Source: Bacilli bacterium
GTDB lineage: Bacteria > Bacillota_I > Bacilli_A > RFN20 > CAG-826
Length of the DNA stretch: 64,000 bases
NCBI GenBank assembly: GCA_031556235.1
Contig: JAVBTH010000001.1
Location: forward strand, 590,763 to 654,762
Direction: 5' to 3'
Position numbers and translations under genes: made by a program
Part shown: positions 10,862 through 24,763 of the stretch, in pieces
Position numbering within the stretch: position 1 is the stretch's first letter
Layout: each line of letters starts with the position of its first letter
Notes under the pieces: model-generated
Database searches by the model: none
What the model saw: only the letters and a program-made list of their open reading frames with translations
Told to the model about the DNA's origin: nothing

Positions 10862-11689
10862 ATGACTAAAAAGATTATTATTCTTTTAAATATAATTGGA
10901 TTATTCCTAATATTTGTTTCGTTTTTTGCTGGAGTGTCATTGCAGGCTATCCGCAACATGAAAACTAATGTGGGGCAAATTAATACGCAGTCATGGCTGC
11001 TACTGTTTGGCTGTATTTTATCATTACCACTTTTTATTAACAGTTTCTTTAAAGTGAAGAGACTTGATGTGAAAATTGTCGCTTTAGTTACGAGTTTAAT
11101 TCTTGCTTTGCAATTAATTATTTCTATTTATTTCATATTTAAACATGCTGGCATAAAGACTAATCAGGAGTACTACAACATCATTTATGTGACTAAAAAG
11201 TCATTTTATATTGTCGCAGCGACAATGAGATATTTATTGTCATTGATATTTGTTCCTGCACTTGGAATATTTGCTTTATTCAATACTCCAAGTAAGAAAA
11301 AGATTAATTATTCGCAAATATTTGGATTTACTTTGTTCTTTGCATCGGCAGTGTTTTTATTGATGATTAGCGTGACTTGTTTAAAGGGAATGCAACAATC
11401 GCTAACTGTGATTTCGCGTGTTGCTGATGAAGCTAATAATACAGTTGTCAACATTTCTGAATTGAGACTCTATAATATTTGTGGCATTTCATTTCAGCAA
11501 GTTGGCTTAATTAATGATTTAAGAGTTGGGTTAATATCTAGTGGAGATATTACTAAATTAGCTTGTAATTTTGCTAATGCAATTTTAATTACTTATATTT
11601 GTTGTGTAGGGATTAGTATTTGTTGGTCAATATGTCAGTTTATTGAAGAGCTTACTAAAAGTGGGGAGGACAAAGCATGTCAGAACTAG
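10862..11689 (+). CDS. hypothetical polytopic membrane protein with a Cys-rich C-terminus
   Basis: SD AAGGTGG precedes ATG 10862. About 6 TM helices, no known motif. Its end overlaps the rmuC start by 13 nt. Confidence 0.5.
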   Translation: MTKKIIILLNIIGLFLIFVSFFAGVSLQAIRNMKTNVGQINTQSWLLLFGCILSLPLFINSFFKVKRLDVKIVALVTSLILALQLIISIYFIFKHAGIKTNQEYYNIIYVTKKSFYIVAATMRYLLSLIFVPALGIFALFNTPSKKKINYSQIFGFTLFFASAVFLLMISVTCLKGMQQSLTVISRVADEANNTVVNISELRLYNICGISFQQVGLINDLRVGLISSGDITKLACNFANAILITYICCVGISICWSICQFIEELTKSGEDKACQN

Positions 11690-12831
11690 AAATTGCCCTA
11701 TTAGTTGTTGTAATTGTGATGTTTCTAGCAGTAATGGCTCTAATTATTTATTTTGTCTTAAATAAGAAAAAAAAGCCCGAAAGTAGTAAAGTGAATGAAA
11801 TGAATGTTCGCGAGATTATGTCTTCCTTTAGTGCGACGATAGAGAGTTTTAACTCAACGCTTAACGCACAGACGCAAAAAAACAATGAACAACTAATAAG
11901 TTTTGAAAGAGCTGTGAAGACCGAAATTGATAAGATGAATGAGAAAGTTGAAAATCGTATTACTGATTTAAACGCTCAAGTTAATAAAAACATTGCTAAA
12001 AACGCTGAAGATACTGGCGTTAGAATGGAAAAAATCGCTGAACAAATTGGAGAAGTTAAGCAAGCCCAAAGTCAATTAGGCAATTTACATAGCGACATCA
12101 ACGGGTTGCAACGTATACTACAGGGGAACCAAACTAGAGGACAATATGGCGAGAGAACTCTTAGCTTGATTTTATTCAACGTTTTTGGTGAGTCTGGTGT
12201 GTATGAAGAACAGTATTCAATCAAAAATAATAGTGGAGAAGTTCTTAAACCGGATGCAGTGGTGTTTTGTCCAGAGCCATACAATTTGATATGCATAGAC
12301 TCTAAATTTCCGTTTGCGCAATATGAGGTTATCGTTAACTCTAATGATGAAGAACGAAGCCGTGCGGTTAGTGAATTTGAAAAAGCTGTAAAGTTACATA
12401 TTGATGTGGTTTCTAAAAAATATATTATTAATGGCAAAACTGCCCCATTTGCGTTCCTTTTTATTCCTAATGACGCTATATTTATGTTTCTGCATAGTGA
12501 AGCTGATAAAATAATTGACTACGCTGAAAAGAAAAAAGTGATCTTAACTTCACCTTCAACTCTTTATCCTTTTCTTTCAACCATCTATACACTTAACATC
12601 GATTATAAAAGATCAAAGAATATTCAAAAAATGATGGAATCATTTGAAAAAGTTTTTAAAGAATTTGAAACTTTACAGAATAGTTGGGACGGATGTAAGA
12701 CAACTCTTTTAACTTTCCAAAAAAAGGTAGATGATGTTGATACTAGGATAAACCGCTCTATTAAGGCAGTTAAGAGCATTGAAGGAATAGACACACAGCA
12801 AGAAATAGAAAACTTTGTTGAAAGTAAATGA
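11677..12831 (+). CDS. rmuC: DNA recombination protein RmuC
   Basis: N-terminal TM helix, a coiled-coil, then an RmuC-type nuclease region (NQTRGQYGERTL, FCPEPYNLICIDSKFP). Confidence 0.8.
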   Translation: MSELEIALLVVVIVMFLAVMALIIYFVLNKKKKPESSKVNEMNVREIMSSFSATIESFNSTLNAQTQKNNEQLISFERAVKTEIDKMNEKVENRITDLNAQVNKNIAKNAEDTGVRMEKIAEQIGEVKQAQSQLGNLHSDINGLQRILQGNQTRGQYGERTLSLILFNVFGESGVYEEQYSIKNNSGEVLKPDAVVFCPEPYNLICIDSKFPFAQYEVIVNSNDEERSRAVSEFEKAVKLHIDVVSKKYIINGKTAPFAFLFIPNDAIFMFLHSEADKIIDYAEKKKVILTSPSTLYPFLSTIYTLNIDYKRSKNIQKMMESFEKVFKEFETLQNSWDGCKTTLLTFQKKVDDVDTRINRSIKAVKSIEGIDTQQEIENFVESK

Positions 12832-12873
12832 CTAGTAGATTATTATATTAATTAGTATTAAGGAAGTGATATT

Positions 12874-13707
12874 ATGATGCTAAGCGCCGCTTCAATCATC
12901 AATACGATATTTAATTTGCCCCTCGTTCTAGATATTATTATCATTCTTTTTTTGTTGATTTCAACTTCTTTAGGATGTGCAAAAGGATTTTGGAGAGGGA
13001 CTTTTAGATTTTTGTTCGTTGTTTTAATGCTTGTTATTGCTTGGTTCTTCCTTGTTGAACCTGTTGCACTTTATGTTCGTGATGAGTTATTTGTGGCATT
13101 AGGAATCAAGCAGACCTTAAGCGATGGTACAGTTGCAACTTCTTTAGGTCAAATAATTGAATCTTTATTTAGTAAAGCTGCTCTAGATCCAAGTGTTGAT
13201 CCTAAATATTTAGATGCAAACTACATTGCTGGTTTCGTTTTGTCACTTTGCAGAACTATTTCATGGCTGTTACTTGTAATTGTAATTCAATTTGTAAGTT
13301 GGATTGTTTCTTCATTAATTTATTTTTTGTTGATAAGATTAATCATTCCAAAGAAAGTTCGCGAAGTAAAATTGCGTCTTTTAGGAGGATTAATGGGGTT
13401 ATTACAAGGAGTAGTTATTACATTTGCGCTAATGCTATCATTTTCAACTCTATCTCCGGCAGTGGCCGCAATTAAGAATCCAGGCGAAGGCGAATATAAA
13501 TGGTTGAATTCATATACCGCCGCTGTAATAGTGGGACTAGATCCTCAAAAATCAATGCTTGCCCCATACGCTGATTCATTAGGAGAATCATTAACAGATA
13601 GTTTAGTCAAATTTGAAGTAGGAGAAGACATTTATTCTATCAAACAAGAAATTGTGACTTTTGTCGAATATATCTTAAGTTTAGATGAAGAAGTAATAAT
13701 TCCTTAA
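12874..13707 (+). CDS. CvpA-family membrane protein (extended)
   Basis: N-terminus LDIIIILFLLISTSLGCAKGFWRG resembles the Colicin V production (CvpA) family. SD AAGGAAG is present. At 277 aa it is longer than typical CvpA. Confidence 0.5.
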   Translation: MMLSAASIINTIFNLPLVLDIIIILFLLISTSLGCAKGFWRGTFRFLFVVLMLVIAWFFLVEPVALYVRDELFVALGIKQTLSDGTVATSLGQIIESLFSKAALDPSVDPKYLDANYIAGFVLSLCRTISWLLLVIVIQFVSWIVSSLIYFLLIRLIIPKKVREVKLRLLGGLMGLLQGVVITFALMLSFSTLSPAVAAIKNPGEGEYKWLNSYTAAVIVGLDPQKSMLAPYADSLGESLTDSLVKFEVGEDIYSIKQEIVTFVEYILSLDEEVIIP

Positions 13708-13729
13708 AATAATTAAAAGAAAATGAATG

Positions 13730-13761
13730 AAAAGGTTAAGAGACACGCTCTTAACCTTTTT
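13730..13761. terminator. bidirectional intrinsic terminator
   Basis: Perfect 13-bp stem AAAAGGTTAAGAG/CTCTTAACCTTTT with a 5-nt loop, lying between convergent genes. Confidence 0.8.
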
Positions 13762-14440
13762 AATTGTTAATACTTTTTGGGATGTTATCTAAATTTTTCG
13801 TATAAACATCAACACTCATTTTTCTTATCCTTAACGCTCTTGCAATAAAAGCTTGAATGTTTACCATATACATTATAGCTCCAACAGTGAGCAATGGAAC
13901 GGTTACATAACTTACCCAAGCGCTAAAACTATCGTATAAAAAATGTGGTGTATGCGTGACAGGCGGCCATTGTTCTGGAATGAATGTATGAATGCCAAGT
14001 AAAGTAGCTCTTGGAACACCCTTCCAATCAAATGTATAAAATAAACTTGCAAAACCCTCATCTTGAGAAAATAGCACGCGTAAGTCGGTGTTTTTACTAA
14101 TTCCCATATAAACTCCAATTATTATAATAGCAATCACAAAAAGCAACATCGGTTTTCTAGCTTGTTTGAATAAGAGGACACGACTTCTGGCGCTCGCGAC
14201 TTTTCTAAAATGCTTTGTGTTATCAACTACTTTCGTGTCGACTAAATCGAACATGAATGTATCAATTGCTTTGCCTTGACGTTTCATTGTTCTTTTAATT
14301 AATAAGACAATGTAACCAACTAAGATAAGTAACAAAATTACAATTATTAGAAGAGCGATGAATAAGCGCTTATCATTTTCTGTGAGTTTGATTAAACTAA
14401 TCATTGCCATCACCATCCTTAACGTCCATTTCAATAACAT
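13760..14440 (-). CDS. hypothetical membrane protein
   Basis: ORF of 226 codons with 3-4 TM helices. The real start is probably one of the internal ATGs at 14410 or 14404, which overlap the upstream stop (ATGATTAG). Confidence 0.45.
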   Translation of the reverse strand: MLLKWTLRMVMAMISLIKLTENDKRLFIALLIIVILLLILVGYIVLLIKRTMKRQGKAIDTFMFDLVDTKVVDNTKHFRKVASARSRVLLFKQARKPMLLFVIAIIIIGVYMGISKNTDLRVLFSQDEGFASLFYTFDWKGVPRATLLGIHTFIPEQWPPVTHTPHFLYDSFSAWVSYVTVPLLTVGAIMYMVNIQAFIARALRIRKMSVDVYTKNLDNIPKSINN

Positions 14441-14810
14441 TTATTGGTGGTTGCTGAATTTGTGTAGGTTGTTGGTATTGTGGAGGCAATTGATTTGGAT
14501 AAGGATAAGGATAAGGATAAGGTTGCTGATATAAACCTGGGTTGGGATTTATGTATTGTGGAGAAGGTTGGTTCGGTGTAACAACAGTTTTTCTTGCCTC
14601 AATTATTTTATGTGCCTCAATTTCTTCCTCAGTAGGATCAAAAATGCTTTTGCCTTTGAAAAAAAGTAATGTGGCTTTAAAAAACATAATGATAAAAACT
14701 GCCGTAGAATATACTGCGTAAATCGCAAAAAACGCTAAAATAAATGGTGATAAAAGGAGATACAAAAGACCTAAACCACACGTCTTCAGAAAATCCATCA
14801 TGCTAATCAC
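14397..14810 (-). CDS. hypothetical 2-TM protein with a Pro/Tyr/Gln-rich tail
   Basis: 137 aa. Two N-terminal TM helices are followed by QQPYPYPYPYPNQLPPQYQQPTQIQQPP and an acidic C-terminus. Confidence 0.5.
   Translation of the reverse strand: MISMMDFLKTCGLGLLYLLLSPFILAFFAIYAVYSTAVFIIMFFKATLLFFKGKSIFDPTEEEIEAHKIIEARKTVVTPNQPSPQYINPNPGLYQQPYPYPYPYPNQLPPQYQQPTQIQQPPINVIEMDVKDGDGND
14497..14522. repeat. (GGATAA)4 hexanucleotide microsatellite
   Basis: Four perfect tandem GGATAA units plus GG. They are in frame and encode PYPYPYPY on the minus strand. Confidence 0.9.
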
Positions 14811-14824
14811 CTCTTCCTTCTATT

Positions 14825-15730
14825 TTACCCACATTTTTTGCTATTAGTAAATGATTTTTTCTTAATATGACTTATAAAGTCATAACTTGATGTTAAAATA
14901 ATAAAGAAATTAAATGAAAGTAGATTGTATGGTGAAGATATAAAATCATGAGATGCAGCGAATAAGAAAATATTTAGGATAAATATAATAGAGATAGAAA
15001 TAATAAATGTCTTATTATTTTTACTGATTTGGTTAGTAATGGTTAAACTGACAAAAGTTATCGACATTGCAAAAAAGAGGTATGAGATTTCTTTGATTGT
15101 TAAAGCAAAAATTATCGAAAGTAGACAAAATACTATCGCGGCTATCGAATAGAGATATGGTGATGATATGTCTAAGTTGGGTTTGATATTAAACTTTTTT
15201 AATTCGTTTGAAGAAATTATGTAGCTAATCGTAGATTGAGCTAGCGAAATTGCGTAAATAAAGGGTAAGAAAGAAATACTAACTAATGCTTTATCGGTTA
15301 TGTTCAATAATGCTCCAAAGGCATCAAACATATTGACAGAGTATAGAGCAGTAATTAATGGAATTGTAGCCCAGGACAAAAGAAACTGAAAGAAGGCAGC
15401 AGATATACAAATAAATGCAGCGTTTATTCTTTTAAGGCTCATTATACCGAACACCACTCCCGTGACAAGCGCGGGAAGAATTGTGAAAATTGTCATATCG
15501 AGATTTGCCATATTGATTAGCGCAGAAATAATCAAGGTTGATATTATGTAAATTGAAATAAACTGCTTTTTGCAGTAGATAACTGTCAAAGCAGTTATTA
15601 ATGGCAGAAGAAAAATGATTAAAATGGCGAGAACTGGAATGAATTGTGATAACAAAGATAAGACCGCGTTTATCGCGGAAACTATGGCAATGAATGCTAT
15701 ATTTTGAACAGATGTTTCTCTTTTTTTCAT
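14825..15730 (-). CDS. hypothetical polytopic membrane protein (about 9 TM helices)
   Basis: SD AAGGAG lies 7 nt before ATG 15730 (MKKRETSVQNIAFIAIVSAINAVLS). No known motif. Confidence 0.5.
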   Translation of the reverse strand: MKKRETSVQNIAFIAIVSAINAVLSLLSQFIPVLAILIIFLLPLITALTVIYCKKQFISIYIISTLIISALINMANLDMTIFTILPALVTGVVFGIMSLKRINAAFICISAAFFQFLLSWATIPLITALYSVNMFDAFGALLNITDKALVSISFLPFIYAISLAQSTISYIISSNELKKFNIKPNLDISSPYLYSIAAIVFCLLSIIFALTIKEISYLFFAMSITFVSLTITNQISKNNKTFIISISIIFILNIFLFAASHDFISSPYNLLSFNFFIILTSSYDFISHIKKKSFTNSKKCG

Positions 15731-15813
15731 ATATTCTCCTTTAATAATTCTAGCATAAATATAAATATTCTTCATTATTTTCAAAAAAACGACAAAATCG
15801 ACTGGTATTATAT

Positions 15814-16272
15814 ATGTGGGTGATGAACTTGAAAAAGATATTGATTATGAATTTGTGTGTGCTTGTTTTGTTTTCTTCATCATGCGATGTCATAAACGGA
15901 ACATCTTCAACACTTGATAGCCGCGATTATGATGAAGTAAGCAATTTAACTATTAACGCAAATCAAATGTTTGAAATAACCGCTAATCTATATTATGTGT
16001 ACTTTTTCTCGATAAACTGTTCGCATTGTATTTCACTCAAAGATTATGTAATAGACTTTGCAATTAAATATCCAGAGACTTTTTATTTTGTTGATGAGAA
16101 CACAACAGATTCGATTCCTACGACGATTAATATGGAATTAAATATCGGAGCTAGTAAGTTTGCGGATATTTATTTGAGAGGCTATCCAACTTTAATGAAA
16201 ATAGATAACCACATTGTATCCGCGATATATACAGGGGTTGCTCAGATAAGAGCAACGCTATCACTGAGTTGA
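15814..16272 (+). CDS. thioredoxin-fold lipoprotein (CxxC)
   Basis: Signal peptide with lipobox-like LFSSSC. YFFSINCSHCISLK is a CxxC motif in thioredoxin-like context. Confidence 0.55.
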   Translation: MWVMNLKKILIMNLCVLVLFSSSCDVINGTSSTLDSRDYDEVSNLTINANQMFEITANLYYVYFFSINCSHCISLKDYVIDFAIKYPETFYFVDENTTDSIPTTINMELNIGASKFADIYLRGYPTLMKIDNHIVSAIYTGVAQIRATLSLS

Positions 16273-16361
16273 AAACTATTTGAAAAAGTGCTCTTTTATG
16301 TTGGTCCCAACGGGCTTATGTGGTAAAATGAGAGTACTAATCTAAAGAAGTAGGTGATGAT

Positions 16362-20523
<4,162 letters not shown>

Positions 20524-20553
20524 TAATATAAAATAAATAAAGCAGGTGATTTT

Positions 20554-20850
20554 ATGGAAAAAATTAAAGAAGAAACACTTAGAGAATGTGCTGATAGACT
20601 GATGTTTGATATGTCTGATGCGCAATATCAAATGTTAGAAAAAGAATTTGAAATTGTCATAAAACAAATGGAACTTATCGGAAAAAACACGGAACTAGCA
20701 ATGCTTGAGCCGATGACTTTTCCTTTTGCAATATCTTGCACTTATTTGCGTGAAGACATCCCTGAAGATCCTTTAACTAGAGAAGACGTCTTAAAGAATG
20801 TTAAAGATGCATTGGATGGACAAATAAAACTACCAAAGGTGGTGAACTAA
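20554..20850 (+). CDS. gatC: Asp/Glu-tRNA amidotransferase subunit C
   Basis: 98 aa, immediately upstream of and abutting gatA. Confidence 0.85.
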   Translation: MEKIKEETLRECADRLMFDMSDAQYQMLEKEFEIVIKQMELIGKNTELAMLEPMTFPFAISCTYLREDIPEDPLTREDVLKNVKDALDGQIKLPKVVN

Positions 20851-22311
20851 ATGAGCTACTTGGATTTAACGATTAAAGAGATACATGAAGCTTTGGTTAG
20901 TAAAAAAACTACACCTCTTGAATTGACACTTGAAGCAATCAAACGAGCTAATGAAGATAGTTGCAATGCTTTTGAAACTATTGCAGCTGAAGAAGCAATT
21001 GCTTTTGCAAAAACTCTAATTAACCCAGAAATTGATAATGAATTATGGGGCGTTCCGTTTGTAGCAAAAGATAATATTTCAACAAAAAATATAAAAACTA
21101 CAGGCAGTAGTAAAATTCTGAGTGATTATGTTCCCGTTTTTGATGCCACTGTGATTAAAAAATTAAAAGAGCGTAACGCTATTTTAATTGCAAAAGCAAC
21201 ATTGGATGAACTTGCAATGGGAGGAACCGGCACAACGGGTCACTTAGGTAAAACATTTAATCCTTATGATTCATCTCACGCACGAATGATTGGTGGATCA
21301 AGTTCGGGATCCGCTGCAAGCGTGGCTGAATGCGTGGTGCCATTTTCATTAGGAACAGACACTGGAGATTCGATAAGAAAACCAGCATCTTTTGCAGGAC
21401 TTGTGGGAATGAAGCCAACTTGGGGAAGAATTTCTCGTTATGGAGTTTTTCCATTCGCACCTTCACTGGATCACGTGGGCTATTTTACGAGGAGTGTCTT
21501 AGATAGCGCTATTTTATTAAGCGCTTTAAGTGGAAGAGATTCAAATGATTCAACCTCCTCTATGATTCAAGACAGTGATTATATCTCTGAAATAAATAAA
21601 GGTGTAAAGGGTCTTAAAATAGCGGTTATTGAAGAAATTATTAACTCTATTAGCGATAAAGATGTTAAAAATAGTTTTGAAGTTCTTTTGGCAAAATTAA
21701 TTGAACAAGGAGCACTCGTTGAAAAGGTTTCAATAAAAAAAGAAATTTTAGAAACTTTATATCCCACATACATGATTATTTCTTGTGCGGAAGCCACTAG
21801 TAATAATGCTAATCTTGATGGAATTCGCTTTGGACCAAGACCTGAAGGAAAAACTTATCAAGAGATTATGAAAAAAGCTAGAACTGAAGGATTTGGAGAG
21901 TTAATTAAACGTAGATTTGTGATTGGAAGTTTTGCACTTATGCGTGATAATATCGAATTGTTGTTTTTAAACGCCCAAAGAAATCGTCGGCTAATTGTTA
22001 ATGAAATTAATAAAATTTTAGCAAAATTCGATGCTTTAATAGCTCCAGCCGCTCCAAGTATTGCCCCAAAGTTTGATGAGTTTCAAAGTAGACTATCGAA
22101 CGAATATTTAATTGCTGATAACCATTTATTGTTAGGTAATTTTGCCGGATTACCATCGATTACAATTCCGATGATTCTAAAAGATAATATGCCGGTTGGC
22201 GTTAATATTATGGGAAGAGCTTTTGACGAAAAAACAGTATTTGAAATTGCTCAAGCAATTGAAAATAATACTGGGCTCTTTAATTTAAATGCAAAGAAGG
22301 TGTCAATATGA
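20851..22311 (+). CDS. gatA: Asp/Glu-tRNA amidotransferase subunit A
   Basis: Amidase signature GGSSSGSAASVA and GTDTGDSIRKPA. Confidence 0.95.
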   Translation: MSYLDLTIKEIHEALVSKKTTPLELTLEAIKRANEDSCNAFETIAAEEAIAFAKTLINPEIDNELWGVPFVAKDNISTKNIKTTGSSKILSDYVPVFDATVIKKLKERNAILIAKATLDELAMGGTGTTGHLGKTFNPYDSSHARMIGGSSSGSAASVAECVVPFSLGTDTGDSIRKPASFAGLVGMKPTWGRISRYGVFPFAPSLDHVGYFTRSVLDSAILLSALSGRDSNDSTSSMIQDSDYISEINKGVKGLKIAVIEEIINSISDKDVKNSFEVLLAKLIEQGALVEKVSIKKEILETLYPTYMIISCAEATSNNANLDGIRFGPRPEGKTYQEIMKKARTEGFGELIKRRFVIGSFALMRDNIELLFLNAQRNRRLIVNEINKILAKFDALIAPAAPSIAPKFDEFQSRLSNEYLIADNHLLLGNFAGLPSITIPMILKDNMPVGVNIMGRAFDEKTVFEIAQAIENNTGLFNLNAKKVSI

Positions 22312-23735
22312 ACTTTGAAGCAGTAATTGGTATTGAAATACACGTTGAAATGAAAACTAAAAGTAAAATGTTTTCGCCTGCTCCAGTTGCGTTTGGATGC
22401 ACGCCTAACACTTTAGTAAGTGTTGTGGATATGGCATTTCCAGGCACATTGCCAACAGTAAATAAGCAAGCGGTTATTAATGCAATCCGAGTATCAAATG
22501 CACTTTCAATGCAAATTGATGATGAACTATGGTTTGACCGCAAAAACTATTTTTATCCTGATTTGCCTAAAGGTTATCAGATTACTCAAGACAAACGTCC
22601 AATTGGTAAAAATGGGTTCATTAAGATTCCAACACCAAACGGAATAAAGCATATTGATATTGAAAGAGTGCACCTTGAAGAAGACACATGTAAACAACTT
22701 CATATGGCGGATTATTCTTTGCTTGATGTTAATCGAGCAGGCACCGCATTAATTGAAATAGTTTCTAAGCCTGACATTCGAAATGGGTATGAAGCGATGA
22801 AATATGTTGAAACGATTCGCTCAATTGTCCAGTACACCGAAACTAGCGATGGTAAAATGGAGGCGGGATCACTGAGATGTGATATCAATATATCTATTAG
22901 ACCATATGGAAGTGAAAAACTTGGAACAAAAGTTGAAATTAAAAATCTTAACTCGTTATCTAACGTCGAGAAATCAATTGAATATGAAATAGAACGGCAA
23001 AGCAAACTATTGCTTAGTGGCCAAAGCATTGATCAAGAGACTCGGAGATTTGATGAAATAACAAAATCTACGGTGTTAATGCGCAAAAAAACAAGTGCAG
23101 TTGATTATAAATATTATACTGAACCAAATATTACTCCTATTAAATTGAGTAATGAATTTATTAAGAACGCAATCGAAACTTGTCCAGAACTTGCTAGTGA
23201 AAAAAGATTGAAATATGTCGATCAAATGGGACTCACGGAGTATGATGCAGATATTTTACTTCAAGATAAAGATATAGCGGCATATTTCGAAAAAGCCGTC
23301 GAATTGAAGGCAAATCCTAAACAAATGTGTAACTTTTTAATGGGTGATGTTGCTAGTTATCTGAACAAAACAGCTTTAACAATTAATGAAATGAAACTGT
23401 CAGTTGAAAATATTGTTAAACTGATTGGGATGGTCGAAAAAGGCGAAATATCTCTTAAACAAGCAAGAGAACTCTTTTTAGAAATTGTTGAGAGCAATGA
23501 AAATCCGGTTGAAATTGCAGCTAAACGGAATATGACACAAATCTCTGATGAAAAAACAATTAAATTGCTTGTAGAAGAAGTATTAAATGAATTTCCACAG
23601 TCAATTGAAGACTTTAAAGCTGGTAAAGATCGCGCTGTAGGTTTTTTAGTAGGCAACATTATGAAAAAATCACTTGGAAAAGCGAATCCAGCTCTAACTT
23701 CTAAAATATTAATTGAAGTTTTGAAATCTAAGTAG
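22308..23735 (+). CDS. gatB: Asp/Glu-tRNA amidotransferase subunit B
   Basis: N-terminus MNFEAVIGIEIHVE, RCDINISIR and a C-terminal YqeY-like tail. Overlaps gatA by 4 nt. Confidence 0.95.
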   Translation: MNFEAVIGIEIHVEMKTKSKMFSPAPVAFGCTPNTLVSVVDMAFPGTLPTVNKQAVINAIRVSNALSMQIDDELWFDRKNYFYPDLPKGYQITQDKRPIGKNGFIKIPTPNGIKHIDIERVHLEEDTCKQLHMADYSLLDVNRAGTALIEIVSKPDIRNGYEAMKYVETIRSIVQYTETSDGKMEAGSLRCDINISIRPYGSEKLGTKVEIKNLNSLSNVEKSIEYEIERQSKLLLSGQSIDQETRRFDEITKSTVLMRKKTSAVDYKYYTEPNITPIKLSNEFIKNAIETCPELASEKRLKYVDQMGLTEYDADILLQDKDIAAYFEKAVELKANPKQMCNFLMGDVASYLNKTALTINEMKLSVENIVKLIGMVEKGEISLKQARELFLEIVESNENPVEIAAKRNMTQISDEKTIKLLVEEVLNEFPQSIEDFKAGKDRAVGFLVGNIMKKSLGKANPALTSKILIEVLKSK

Positions 23736-23822
23736 ATAGTTCGATTACCAACTTGTTACATTTGTTTGAGTAATGATGTTGAGAGTGATACAATTATAAA
23801 TAATAAAAGGTAGGATGAATTT

Positions 23823-24761
23823 ATGGAAAAGGTCGTTTACTCAATAGTCGTTCCTGTATTTAACGAGGAAGAAGTTTTACCAGTTTTTTATGACACCATT
23901 GTTCCAATTATGGAAAAGTTAAATGAAACTTTTGAGATAGTTTTTGTTAATGATGGTAGCAAGGACAAAACTGAATCAATATTAAGAAAGCTGGCTAAAA
24001 AAGATAGACGCGTTATCGCGGTTAATTTTTCTCGCAATTTTGGGCAACAAGCAGCAATACATGCAGCCCTCAAATATTCTCGAGGCGAGGCAATGATTGT
24101 AATGGATGTTGATTTGCAAGATCCCCCAGAAGTTGCAGTAGAGATGACAAAAAAATGGAAAGAAGGCTATGACATTGTTCACGGAAAACGTGGAAAGCGT
24201 CGAGGAGAAACCATTTTCAAAAAGATTACTGCTTTTTTCTATTACCGTTTTTTAAGAAAGATTACAAACATGGATATCCCTGCAGATACAGGTGAATTTA
24301 AGTTATATGATCGTAAAGTTGTAGATGCTATTTTAGCGCTTCCAGAACATAATAGATATTTGCGCGGATTATCTACTTGGGTTGGCTTTAAGCAAACATT
24401 TGTTGAGTTTGAACGTCCAGAGCGCACAGTTGGTGTGACAAAATGGACAGTACGTAAAATGATTAGACTTGCTGGCGATGGAATTATCGCTAATAGTGCA
24501 TATCCCTTGTATCTTACCTTTAAAATGGGATTGTTTTTATCAATTATGTCTGTCGCTGCATTCATAACTTTCGTGGTATTAATTCTTGTAGGAATTGCAA
24601 TTCCTTTAGTTGCTTGGTTGTTCCCAACCATTACCCTAATTGGTGGATTAATTATGATTTATCAAGGATTAGGAAATTTATACATCTCTCGTATTTATGA
24701 CGAAGTTAAAGATCGTCCAATTTATATTGTTAGAGAATCTTTAAATAGAGATATTATTTAA
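23823..24761 (+). CDS. GT2 polyprenol-phosphate glycosyltransferase (GtrB/ArnC/CsbB-like)
   Basis: IVVPVFNEEE, VNDGSKDKT, MDVDLQDPPE, and two C-terminal TM helices. Confidence 0.85.
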   Translation: MEKVVYSIVVPVFNEEEVLPVFYDTIVPIMEKLNETFEIVFVNDGSKDKTESILRKLAKKDRRVIAVNFSRNFGQQAAIHAALKYSRGEAMIVMDVDLQDPPEVAVEMTKKWKEGYDIVHGKRGKRRGETIFKKITAFFYYRFLRKITNMDIPADTGEFKLYDRKVVDAILALPEHNRYLRGLSTWVGFKQTFVEFERPERTVGVTKWTVRKMIRLAGDGIIANSAYPLYLTFKMGLFLSIMSVAAFITFVVLILVGIAIPLVAWLFPTITLIGGLIMIYQGLGNLYISRIYDEVKDRPIYIVRESLNRDII

Positions 24762-24763
24762 AA

